This document shows, piece after piece, positions 52,701-64,000 of a stretch of 64,000 nucleotides of DNA. The position numbers and the translations under genes were made by a program. The notes beneath the pieces were generated by a model. That model searched no databases, was not told the origin of the DNA, and saw only the letters and a list, made by a program, of their open reading frames with translations. Positions within the stretch are counted from its first letter, which is position 1. Each line of letters begins with the position of its first letter. Origin of the DNA: Lama guanicoe (lineage: Eukaryota); the NCBI GenBank assembly GCA_013239625.1, contig MU053561.1, positions 3,612,283 through 3,676,282 of the forward strand, written 5' to 3'.

Positions 52701-54919
52701 CTCTCCATTTGGACATTTTTTTTCCCCTTGTCCCTATGGGGCTTTTTCCCCCCTGTCCTTTTACTGTTCTTCCTGAGAGTTTATATCTCCCCTCCGGTTC
52801 CAGGACAAACGGACCTGAAGCTTTCCCTTCATCTGCTCTCATGTACATTCTCTTCTGAACTAAATCTCTCACTTTCTTTTTCTTTTTTTCCCAATTGTTC
52901 CTCTTTTTCTCGCTCAAATAACTGACAAAAACCTTTTATTTTCTTGTCCTCTAAATCTTGTGTAATCTAAGTTTTTCCATTTGTGTTTTTCCCTGAAGGA
53001 GACAGAGAAGGGCCCCGCTCCTTACGCTGAGTGGCCTGCGGTCGTGACAGGCCAGGCAGACCTTGGTCTTAAACCCAGTCTCTGCTGCTTACTAGCTCTA
53101 GGACTGACAGATCACGTGACCTTGCTGAACTACAGTTTCCCCATCTGCAAAATGGAAGGAGTAATACCTGGCTTGATAGAATTTTAAATGCGATGACGTC
53201 TAAAATGTAATGAGCCCTGACTCATAGCAGGTACCAAAAACATTCTTGTTTTCCCTCCTGTGTGCACAATGCACAGGAAGTGACTCGGTGCCGGGCCGAG
53301 ACCCAGAACCAATCCCCAAATGCACAGCCTCATGTTGTGGGCAGCCGCCTACTGTTCTGAAGCAACTCCGGGCTTGTCCAAGGGACTCCGGGGGTCCCCT
53401 GTGACAGACGTCCAGCTGCGGTTGCAAGTGGTGAAGAAAACAGAAAGCAAGCCCACCTCCTGGGTTCAAACCCCAGCTCTGCCGTTTCTAGCCACATGAC
53501 CCTGTGCAAGTTCATTAACCTCCCTGTGCCTCAGCTTATCCACCTGGGAATATGGAAACTACCAACCTCATAGGGTTGTTAAGAAGAAGAACTAAGTTCA
53601 ATTTGTAAAATACTTAAACTAAGGTAAGTGCTTCAAATTTGTTTAACAAGTATTTGATGAGAACTACTATAGGTGTGGCTGGTTGCAGGGGTTACTTTGA
53701 AGAGACGCTGTCCTGGCTCCTGTAAGTCTCCGTCTAGCTGGGGAAAGAAGAACCCCAGTGGGAGGGATGTTTCCAAGGACAATATGGTACCTACAGGAGT
53801 GAATGTCAGTCAGCCCCTGGTCTACACTGAGGGCCCCCCCGAGGAAGTGACATTCATTAAAACCTGGATGGTTATACAGCCGAGCTCTTATTCAACCCAG
53901 CATTGCTCTTTTTCTGCCCGGTTCTGTTTAGTAGTTTTCTGGTGCTGGGGAGCAGGGAAGGCTCCTGGGGCTGCCTGTTCTTCAGAGTCAAGAGGAAAAG
54001 GAGAAGTAACTAACAGGACTATTCTGATTTGAGCAGAGGAAGCCTGAGGCCGTGGGGCACAGGGCTGGAGACACAAGCATTTCTGGGACTTTCTCTTCCA
54101 GGCCAGCTGGCTGACTCCCCTGGCCGGTGGCCCAGCCAAATGGGAGAAGAGGAAAAGGCTCAAAGAAAGAAAGATGCCATGCTCAGCTTTGTCCACTGGG
54201 TGGAGTATTTTAGCCAAAGAAGGGGCCTTTGGAGGCAGCGAAGTCCTGGACTGTCCTAGGGGAGAGGCAAGCTTGGACTTGTCCAGAGTCACGCCCATCA
54301 AACCCCTCAGTGGGTAACACCAACAAACTCCCACAAACCTGCGGCCTGTGCCAAGGCCTATCTTGGGAAAAGAAAATACTCTACGGGCGGAACAAATTCT
54401 AGAATTTTAGAGCCAAAAGGGGCCATAGGAGACCAGTGAGTCTGACCCTTTTCCATAAATTAGAAAGGAGAGGAGACTCCACCAAAGTCCCACGGCCGGG
54501 CTGGGCTGTCAGGCCGGCCCTGGACCCAGGTCTCCTGACTCCCGGTCACCGCTCTCGCTGAGCTGCCTCCGAGTCCTTCAGATAGGTCCCCTGCCCGTGG
54601 CCCCTCCGATGTAGGCGTGAGCCCGTATGTCTTACTAACAGACAAAAGAGTTTGAGAGAGAAGACTGACGCTTTCATAGGAGGAAGGAGGATACAACGCC
54701 TCCTAGTGGTGGGAATTCATAGGTCTCAGCGCCGAGCCCGGGGCCTCCTCTCCCTGGGACTGGATTTCCTCTGCAGCTTGCTCCCAGCCTCACCCCTCCT
54801 CTCCCTGCTGCTCCCAAGCTCCCTCCCTGAAGATGCTTTCCTCCACCCCTGTCCAAAAGGGCCACCCCCTACCCACTGTCACAGGCTCTCCCTTGCCCTC
54901 AATTGTTCTTCAGAGCACG

Positions 54920-55395
54920 GATAACTGAGCAGGACCCTACGGGGCCTCCCTGGGACAGACCCCTCCCCCATATCCTCCGCTGTGGCTCCCCTCTAAAGTG
55001 CCCAGATAATAGTATCAGATGCACCCTTCCGGAGTTGTTTTACAGAGGCCAACACCACCACCAAATGGAAGAAATTAACTACTTGATGATCATGAGCACA
55101 GAAGCCACTGGCGCCTAAGGCCTGATGCTGCTAACCCTTGTGACCCCGCCCTGTTGTTGGCGGGTCAGAGAACTGTGCACCAGCTGATCACGTACCCCCC
55201 CCCAAACCTTTCACCTGGCCTTTCCAAATGCTTTGCTGAAATCCTTCTGGGGAATTCAGGGTATTTTGAGCACGAGCCACCCATTCTCTTTGTATGCCGC
55301 CTTACAGGAAAGCTGCACTTCCCTTCACCAAAACCCACTGTCAGGAGATTAGCTTTACTATGCATGGGTGAGTGGATCCGTCTGGTTCAGTAACA
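54920..55395 (+). mobile_element. ERV solo LTR (probably ERV1 class), about 3.3 kb upstream of the CASQ2 ATG
   Basis: Ends ...ttcagtaaca; 4-bp flanks cacg / caca; homologous in reverse to 61136-61587; strand assignment inferred. Confidence 0.75.
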
Positions 55396-58321
55396 CACAT
55401 GCCTCTACCTGAAGCCGCATTTTACATGGGCGCACACGCACACACGCACACGCCCCATACATACATTTTGTTTGTTTGATTATTGTCTCCCTTCTAGGAT
55501 GTAAACCCAGTAAGTTCAGATGAATAATGTGTCCAACTTCAGTACCCAGAAGACGGTCTGGTACATAGACAATGCCCCATAAAAATGTATTTAAATAGCA
55601 AATAAATGAAAGATCATAGCTTCAAGTCCCGACATCTGTAAAATGAGTTATTCTAAAGATCAAATTAAATATGCAAAACTGTCCTGCCACCTGTCAAGGA
55701 TAAATAAATAAAAGGGGCGAGGCTGGAGTCAGGGATTCTAGTGTGCAACCGCTCACGGAGTGAAGGACTGGAAATTGTTAGCAAAAATAAGGGGCCTACA
55801 TCATATATTGTGACAATAACTAACATTTATCTGTATTGGTTTGTATACTTTGTTTTATCCTTTCTTGTTTAAAAACAAAACCAAAAAATACCTGCTAACA
55901 CAAATGAAGCTACATATACACTTCCACCACATAAGCCAGGTATGCGTTGGTGACACCCTAACTTGGGTAGCCTCTAAAACTGGAATGAAAAAGCTGATTT
56001 GCTTGACGCAAAGTTGACTCAAAAATGTCAGAAGTATCCCTTGTTTACAAAGTAAATACATTAAAGTTGGTGAGCAAGAAGGCAAAGGAAAAACAATAAA
56101 AGGCAGCCAGAAAAAAAAAAAGGCTGATTTATAAAACGTAGACCATGCAAACCTAACCTTACTGAGAATGGGACACACATTTAGGTCCACCCTGTGGATG
56201 GACAGTGGGAAACCTGATCACCACAGCATATGGCACTGGCCATTCCATCCTCAGGGCTAGGCTCTGAGGCCCCAAATAGAGCCAGGATATAGGAACAGGA
56301 ACGTTCCACACGGGGGCTTTTTTTTTTTTCTGTTAATACACAGTTGGTCCTAAGCCAGACTTGAGGGCTAACCTAAATTTTAAAAAATTATCCCTTTGCC
56401 CTGGTACCTTTTCATCAGTTGCAAGTCAGTGGGAAATTCAAAGACTGACTTTAAATATCTCCCAGGTTTTTGGTAACACTAAATTTTTTTAATATATTAA
56501 GAAAAGGGGAGCAAATTCTAAATAAAGATAAGCCAATGAGATTGAGACAACTGGGAACAGTTTTGGGAAGCCGACCTTGAAAAGACAAGATATATACATG
56601 GCTTCGCTCGGAAATCTTTTCCCCCCTAAATTTTCTAAGGAAAGCAGAAATCTCACATGCTTGCTGATGACCTGAAAAGCTAACCACATCTTAGAATGGC
56701 TATGCTTGGCTCTCTCTTTAGAAGCCAAGAGAATTCACCACTAGAAAGAGCTGGATGCTGTCGTGGGTTTCAGTGATGGTTTCCCTGGCTTCCTGGACGT
56801 GAACGTGTCCTGAAAACAACTCCCATCAGCCTGACTCAGCGTCGGGCCCTCTGGCTGCAGTACGGGGGCTTGATCTCACTCATGCCCGCCACTGAACTTC
56901 TTTTTTACTTCTGGTCCCTGCCAAGCTGCGTGACAGAGTCTTCGATATTTCCAGAGCTGATTTTCCAACCAAAGGAAGAGAAAAACTTGGCCTGAATCTT
57001 GAGAACCAAAGACCACTCTAAAGAAACAAAAGACATGAGTGGACTGTTGTTTGACCGGAAGAGATGGGCAAGGAGCCACTTAAGAAAACAGGCGTCTGCG
57101 GGGGAATTGCCCCATCGGAGTAAAAGGGACCGGGAGCAGGGGGCCCCCAGGCGGAGCTACGCCCTCACTCAGGCACCTAGTAGCGTGATCTCTGACAAGG
57201 AGCTGGGCTCCCTGAAGCTCAGTAAGCTCACTCACGCAATGCGCCCGCATCACGTCTGCCCCAACTGCCTGCTGGATTCAAGGAAAAATGGACAAGAAAG
57301 GGTTCGCAAACCATTGCTATTAGAAACCGGCAAGTAATCATTGTAATAACCTACGTGCCACCACCTCCACGAAGAGCAGAAGGAACTAAAGCAGCTACCG
57401 TGTCCGGCTGACTGCTTGGTACTGTGCTTGTCCATCTGTATGTTCTAAACCTTCCAATATCGTTGTGAAGATCACCAGGTCACATGGGGGGTGGGGCGGG
57501 GCTGAGGGTCAGAGAGCGTGAGCGACCCTCCAGAGTCCATTCAGCCATTAAGAGGCAGAGCCCAGATCTGAACTCGGATCTGTCTGGCTTCTGGACTCGC
57601 TACGGCAGTCTGTCTCTAATGGAGAGGAAAGGGGCAAAAATGATACATTGAGGGGTTATGTTAAGAAAGAAAGATGACACGGATGATGTGAAAAACCTAA
57701 GAGGTTTCCAAGGAAGACTGTTGAACTTTTGTTTAATTTTACAACATGGACAGGCTTTCCTGGTGATAGCTGCGTTCAGCTGTGGGCAGGGGTGGAAGGA
57801 GAGGGGCTGTGACCCCCGGGCGAGCTGGGACCTCTGGAGCTATTTTCGTGGAGAAAGGGTGTCTCTTCTTCCCTCCCTCGGTGACCGATAGAGCCACGGG
57901 GGATGTGACGCAGTGGCCAGCCAGGGAAAGGCAGGTGCGGGACAGCAAGTCCACCTGGGGGCTCGTCTGGTTCCCACGTCAGCAGTGAGCAGGTAGGGGA
58001 TGGGCAGCCTGCCAGCAAGGGACAGGCTGAAATACCTCCCTGGACGAATGGACCAATTTAATAGCATCTGAGTGGCCCTGTAAACATCCCAGCCTCGCCG
58101 TTTGCTCATTGGTGCCACTGACCCATCTCTCTCTTCTGTCATTTTCCCCTCCTCCCACTGAGTTTATTTCTCTCCTCTGACCTTCCCGGCCTCCTTATTT
58201 CCTATGCACACGTTCCCCTGTCTCCCTCCTGCCTCCTTGCTCTCCACCACCCTGACAAACTGTACCAGCGAATCCCTCAACAGTGCCGTATCTAACTTTT
58301 TTTTTTAATTCATTGCATGAT

Positions 58322-58358
58322 TTATTTTTAGCCCGAAACAACTGCATCCTAAAAATGG
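58322..58358 (+). promoter_or_regulatory. CASQ2: CASQ2 proximal promoter module: MEF2 site, E-box, CArG-like box
   Basis: TTATTTTTAG (reverse complement CTAAAAATAA, MEF2 consensus) at 58322-58331, CAACTG at 58339-58344 and CCTAAAAATGG at 58348-58358, about 300 bp upstream of the ATG. The MEF2/E-box/CArG order matches the architecture described for the human CASQ2 promoter. Confidence 0.85.
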
Positions 58359-58594
58359 AGTTCCTGATGAGACAGGGGCTGGGCAGAGCTATGCGAGGTA
58401 TCTGGGGCTTGGCCGCCCAGCCTGGCTCTTGTTCTAAGCACGCATGTGTGTGAGCCTCCACCAGCTCCGTCCTGCGCCCACAATTACAGTTAGCAGCCCG
58501 AGGAGGCAAAGAGGGGGTTCTCGGCCTGGGGAGGGCCAAGGAGAGAGACGAAATCAGCCTCTCTGCTCCCCATCCCTCCCAGCACGTCTTCTAA

Positions 58595-58921
<327 letters not shown>

Positions 58922-59956
58922 TGAGCATGAGCGGGCCAGCACTTGGGAGGCGGGGACTTGAGGGTGCCGAGAATACATCCTGAAGTCTTGCTCCATTTCA
59001 GTCATATGCATGTCTGAAGACATTCTTGTTGCAAAGCTGGAATGTACAAAAAACAGGGGTGGGTCCAGACCCTTAAGACGAGTCGGTCGAATGTGCTACA
59101 CGTTGCCTGGATCTGATGTAAAGTCTGTCATCCAATGGTCCTCTTGATTTCTCAAGGGCAACAGATCCAGAGACCATTTTTCTCAGAGTGCTAAAACTAT
59201 TGTTAAAAAGCCTGGCTGATATGAAATTCGGGGGTAGTTTGTGTGCCAATTCCCTCCTCTTGCTCCTGCAAGTCCCCTGGGGAGGAGCAGTCATTTGACC
59301 TTGCCTCTCTTCACGGGTCAGTTGGGAAACACCACTAAGCGATGCCCCTCTCTCGTGACTCAGTTTCAGTCAATATCACACAGCGTAAATGTAGGAAGAT
59401 TTTAGCTGCACGTTCATTAATGGGGATTTTTTTTTTCTCAGAAAGTTCTTGGTGTGAGTTCAGGGAGGATGCTGAAGGCAGTTCTTATTTTATCTGCATT
59501 ACACGGCCTGTCTGCAAACCTGGCAGCTGGGGCCCCTTTTCTAATCCTCTGTGAGGGCCCCAGGAACCCGTCCTGCAGCGCCTCCTGGACAGTTTCAGAT
59601 CGCTTACACTCAGGAGCACCTGCGAGTGCCAGGAATTCTAGTAGACACCAAGATCCCTGAGCAGTCCCCACACCCAGCTCAGCCCAGGCACAAATCTGTG
59701 AAAAGGACTATTTGAGAATCACAGCAGTTTATTAACCAGTACAACTAGAAAGCTCAGCTTAATCAGATACTTTCTTTTTTCCCCAGTTTAACTGAGAAAT
59801 AATTGACATACACTATAATCAAGTACTTTGATGAACTGAATTACCATATAAAACCCATGTGGATTTTAATCCTCAAAAAAAATTGACTGTAATAAAATCC
59901 AGGAAAACCATCCCAAACACATCAAAATATCCTTGATAATTTAAAAAGCATTGCAG

Positions 59957-60046
59957 GGGAAGGGTATAGCTCAGTGGTAGAGCGCGGGCTTAGCATGCAC
60001 AAGATCCTGGGTTCAATCCCCAGTACCTCCATTAAATAAAGAAAAA
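59957..60046 (+). mobile_element. Camelid tRNA-derived SINE (Vic-1 type) in CASQ2 intron 1
   Basis: GGGTATAGCTCAGTGGTAGAGCGC...CCTGGGTTCAATCCCCAGTACCTCC plus a tail; perfect 15-bp TSD taaaaagcattgcag (59942-59956 / 60047-60061). Confidence 0.9.
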
Positions 60047-60575
60047 TAAAAAGCATTGCAGAATCCTGTGTCTCCTGATCATCATACAAATCCCTATTTT
60101 TCAGAGGATTTATACATGGTAGTGTGGTCATGACAGATCTAGTAGACAAAAAACTAAGCATTTAAAAATATCACGATTAGCATTATTTTTCTCCTCAGGC
60201 TCCACCCTGAGGGCTGAATGTGGAAGTTCAGTTCCCTCTGTGGGTTACAAGCAAAGAGAAAACAGAGACAGTTATTAGGTCTTTGTGCTAAATATATAGG
60301 AAAATGGCAGGCTGGAAAAAGCCAGAACATACAGCACGGCTGCTACTGAACCCATGAAATCCTCACTCACTTTATCATCTCCATCTCGAACTGCTTTACT
60401 CAATGATAGAGATATTTTTATGAAAAGTTAATTGAAGGCATAAGGATTCTACCACATAAGTCCATCACTGTTCACTTAGCTGAGAATTCAAAAAGATGCC
60501 AGTGCAAGAATGACCCCCATCTCTGATTCTCTCATATTAACACACACAAACTCCCCTAAGAATCTATCTCCCCAA

Positions 60576-60720
60576 ACAACAAGGTCCTACTATAGAGCAC
60601 AGGGAACTAGATTCAATAACTTGTAATAACCTATAATGAAAAAGAATATGTATTACTGAATCACCATCCTGTACACCAGAAACTAACACATTGTTATCAA
60701 CTACATTTGAACTGAAAAAA
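60576..60720 (+). mobile_element. Short L1 3'-UTR stub in CASQ2 intron 1
   Basis: acaacaaggtcctactatagagcacagggaact...ctgtacaccagaaactaacacatt; imperfect flanking repeat aatctatctccccaaa / aatctctttcccaaa. Confidence 0.75.
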
Positions 60721-61135
60721 AATCTCTTTCCCAAAGACGACTTCTGTACTCCCAAGCAAAATCCTGAGAAGGACTTTGCCCTGGGCTCAGCATCCCTTCA
60801 GCTGCCTTTGATCCGAGTGCTTCGCAGAGACTGACAAAGTGGAAGTTCAGCACAGGGCATAGTCTGATGCCCCACAGTCTCCGAAATCATTAGGGGAAAG
60901 AGGTCACAGAACTTGGAGTCAGGAGATCTGGGTTTATGTTCTGGCTTTGCCTCTACTGGACACAACACATAGGGCAGGTTATTTAATTTCTCTAAGCCTC
61001 ATTTTCTTATCTATAAATCTGGAAAAATAATAACTATCATACAGGCTTATGAGATGATTAATAATAATGAACATTTATTGAATGCCTACTGTGTGCAGGG
61101 ATAGATCTGGGCACTTTGTATGTGGTAGCTGGTTT

Positions 61136-61587
61136 TGTTACCGAAGGCAGGTTTGCATGCCTGACACACAGTGAGGCTGAACAAACCAAAACTTCAGAGT
61201 TTGGAGCAGAGAAAGGTTTAGTGCAGGGCTGAGCAAGAAGAACGGATGGCTCATGGCCCCCCAAACCCCTGAATTCCCTTAAGGGTTTCAGGTGAGCACT
61301 GTTAAAGGCCAGATGAAGGCAGGGCGTCCCAGGGTTTGTGATCAGCTGTGCACAATTCTGATGGTTGATGGTGGTCAATCCTTAGGCGCCAGAAGGTCTG
61401 GGGGCTGCGTGCTCATGACCATCAGATAGATAATTCCTTCCACTTGGTGGTGGTTTATAGCACCTGAAAAACTCAGGAAATACGCATGAGATACTATTAT
61501 CTGGGTCCTTCAGAGAGGAGCTCCAGCAGAGGATATGGGGTGAGGGATCTGTCCTGGAAAAGCCCCACAGGGTCCTGAATGGTTACA
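61136..61587 (-). mobile_element. ERV solo LTR of the same family, in CASQ2 intron 1, inserted into a MIR
   Basis: TG...CA termini (tgttacc...ggttaca); perfect 4-bp TSD gttt (61132-61135 / 61588-61591). Confidence 0.85.
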
Positions 61588-64000
61588 GTTTGATCCTTAC
61601 AATATTTCTGTGGGGTAGTTACAGTTACTATCCCCATTTTATCGGTGGGGAAACTGAGGCACAGAGAGGCAAAGTTGCCCACGGTCACTCAACCAGTGCA
61701 GGTGAAGACAGTGTTAGCCCCTACACCATGTAACTGCTGGAATTGAATGAGACAGTGATGTACAAGGAGCTGTTGGATGCCCTGTTCAGGATTATTTTGA
61801 GTCTCCTTAAATAGTGTCCTCAGCCTGTGGGCCTGGGCCTGACGATGCAGCCATAATACCAGCAGGGCTGAGAAGCACACAGTACTGGAGACACTGCTCA
61901 GGCTAGAAGCCAGGGAGGAGGCTGGGCTCCCTTCATAGGGGGAGGTGGGCCTTCGCTGAGATACCTCTCAGATGCAGCCTGTTCCTCAGGATCCAAGACA
62001 AAAATGGTTCCAGGAATCCCATGAGAGGGTGGATGTGAGCCTCTAAATTTTCTCCGTGGTCAAAAAAGCCTATGTTGCCTTCTCAATTCCCTGGACTCCA
62101 GACCTACACTAAGGAAAATATTCTGCCAGGTCCAGGGCTGGGTCTGTCCAGGATAGAAGGAGGGGGAGGCAGTTCCCAGGGTACACCCGCGATCTCCGCC
62201 CTGGGCAGACAGTGCGGGGAGAGTCGGCTCCTTTCCTCTGAACAGTTTAGGAAGGTGACTTCCCATGTTTGTTTGTTTGTTTTTCATCATAACTCCCTGT
62301 GACCTAGTGCACACAGACACAGACATACACAAGTGGAACTAGTCTCATAGAACAACACTTGTTTGGGGAATACTTGGCTTAACAAATTCTCTTGTCTTCT
62401 ATTTTATTGTTCTTTTCTGTTCTATTCTGTTGTAGTTCATTAAAAAAAGAAACTGACCCAAACCTATGAAACTGATTTCCCTCTCCAGTGATGAGTTGCC
62501 ACCCCCAGGGGGAAAAACTTGGGGAATTTCTAGGGGTTAGAAGGTTACAAACTAGAAGTTCATCACTCCTCACATGAGGGCCATCCCATTCTGATGAAAA
62601 TCCAAAGGTACTGTGTCAAAGGTCAATGTTTCGTCTGTTGCTTTAAGGACTGACACTGAAACACCCAGAAACAGCCCCACGCACAGGGTGAGGAGGTCAC
62701 TGCCTGACTCAGGGCCTTGAAGTGCCAATCAGTGAGTCACACATCTGTCACTGACCTACGGTGGGCCTTGGGGTGTGCTGTGGATACAGGGAACGTCAAC
62801 ACTCAGGGGGCCCACGGCCTCATGTGGGAATTACAGTGAAATACAAGTGAAAAGCCGCAAAGCCACGGGGTCACTCTAATAGTAGGGCAGCACGGGGTCC
62901 TCAGGGAGAGCTGTGGAAGGCGTGACAAGGAAGAACTGGTTTGTGAAAATGAGGAGAATTTACTGGGCACATAAGCAAGGGCGGGGAGGGACCCACAGGA
63001 GCTAAGACTGTGATAGCTCCGAAATATTTTCTCACCTCGCTAGCTTTTTCCTAAAATTTGGCCACCAGAGCCTCATTCCTTTGGGTGAAATTTTTACCCC
63101 TCGTCCAGCCCCTCTGGCAGAGGTAGTCTTTGAAGATGTTGCCCTCATTTACTCCTCCACCTGACCAAGTCTGAGCTCTGAGTCAGAGCAGGGTTTGCGG
63201 GGGAAGGGGAGGAAGGGGAGACCTCACGTCACTAGAGCTTAGGGCGGACCAAGGCCAAGGCAAGTGGCGCCGGGAGGCACTGCACTCAAACCTTGCTTTC
63301 TGTTCGGCCGGGGTCTAGCTCTGGAGGGCGGGCGCTCTGTACATAGTTCTATCCAGATGCTCTGTAAATGCTTGTTGAATGAATGAGTGAAAGTGAGAGC
63401 TCAAAAGCATCTTGAGAACCATCTAGACTGCTCTGAACCCCTCAGCAATGCAGCCTCGCAGGGTGTGACCTACATAGCCGAGCAAGGCTTTCCACATTGT
63501 GAAGAGGAAAAATCGGTTCACTTCTTTAGAGTGGACTAGTCCCTTGGATGGGCAGGCAGCCTGGGGTCCTGGCACAGAAGTAGCTACATTATCCCGGTAG
63601 CTGCCCTCCAGGCTGACCAGCTGCTCCCGTTGCTTCTCAGGTCCTAGGCTGCTCCTGTGCATCCCTTCTGTGGGGTCTTTCTGCTCTTCCCGCGTAGGGG
63701 CCCCGCTTCAGCTCATCCCCACACTCGACCTGCCCAGGGGCTCACCTTGAGCACCCCTGGGTATTCAGTGGCAGGATCACTACCTAAAAATGATTGGAAA
63801 TGGCCTCTGCCAGCAGGAGAGGGTTATTCTTCTGACTGATTTTCCAGTGCTGATTAGCAGGTCATTTCCCAATAATTTTTAGGTGGTGATTCCAGCACAG
63901 ATAAACCATCAGGCTCCATCAGGGGGTGGCAGGGAGGGGCTAGATCCATCATCTGTGGTGGAACCTGAACCCTGTGCGGTGTGGGCCTCTGGGTTCTGCT

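Noticed and set aside
59957..60030. tRNA-like sequences (A box TAGCTCAGTGG, B box GGTTCAATCC) here and at 13702, 33187 and 38605
   Set aside because: They have A-rich tails and TSDs and recur as a dispersed family, so they are tRNA-derived SINEs, not tRNA genes.

Overview
Mammalian genomic DNA, almost certainly camelid (camel/alpaca/llama), judged from four tRNA-derived Vic-1-type SINEs and artiodactyl-type L1 3' ends. The only supportable protein-coding sequence is coding exon 1 of cardiac calsequestrin (CASQ2, + strand, 58655-58888). It is preceded by a MEF2/E-box/CArG-like muscle promoter module and followed by about 5 kb of intron 1. The first ~58 kb is intergenic (by human synteny, the NHLH2-CASQ2 interval; this is inference). 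It is dominated by transposon fossils (L1 of several ages, L2/MIR, CR1/L3, ERV/MaLR LTRs, hAT elements), plus a gene-less CpG island at ~4.6-5.4 kb and a 46-N assembly gap. I found no novel multi-gene system. The best leads are Ile at a normally Thr position (27) in the CASQ2 N-terminal arm, two related solo LTRs in inverted orientation around the CASQ2 promoter/exon 1, a twin-primed 5'-inverted L1, a tail-less and TSD-less L1 fragment, a CR1/L3 RT remnant and several candidate regulatory modules. Repeat family names come from recall of consensus sequences, not from a search, and most repeat boundaries are approximate.
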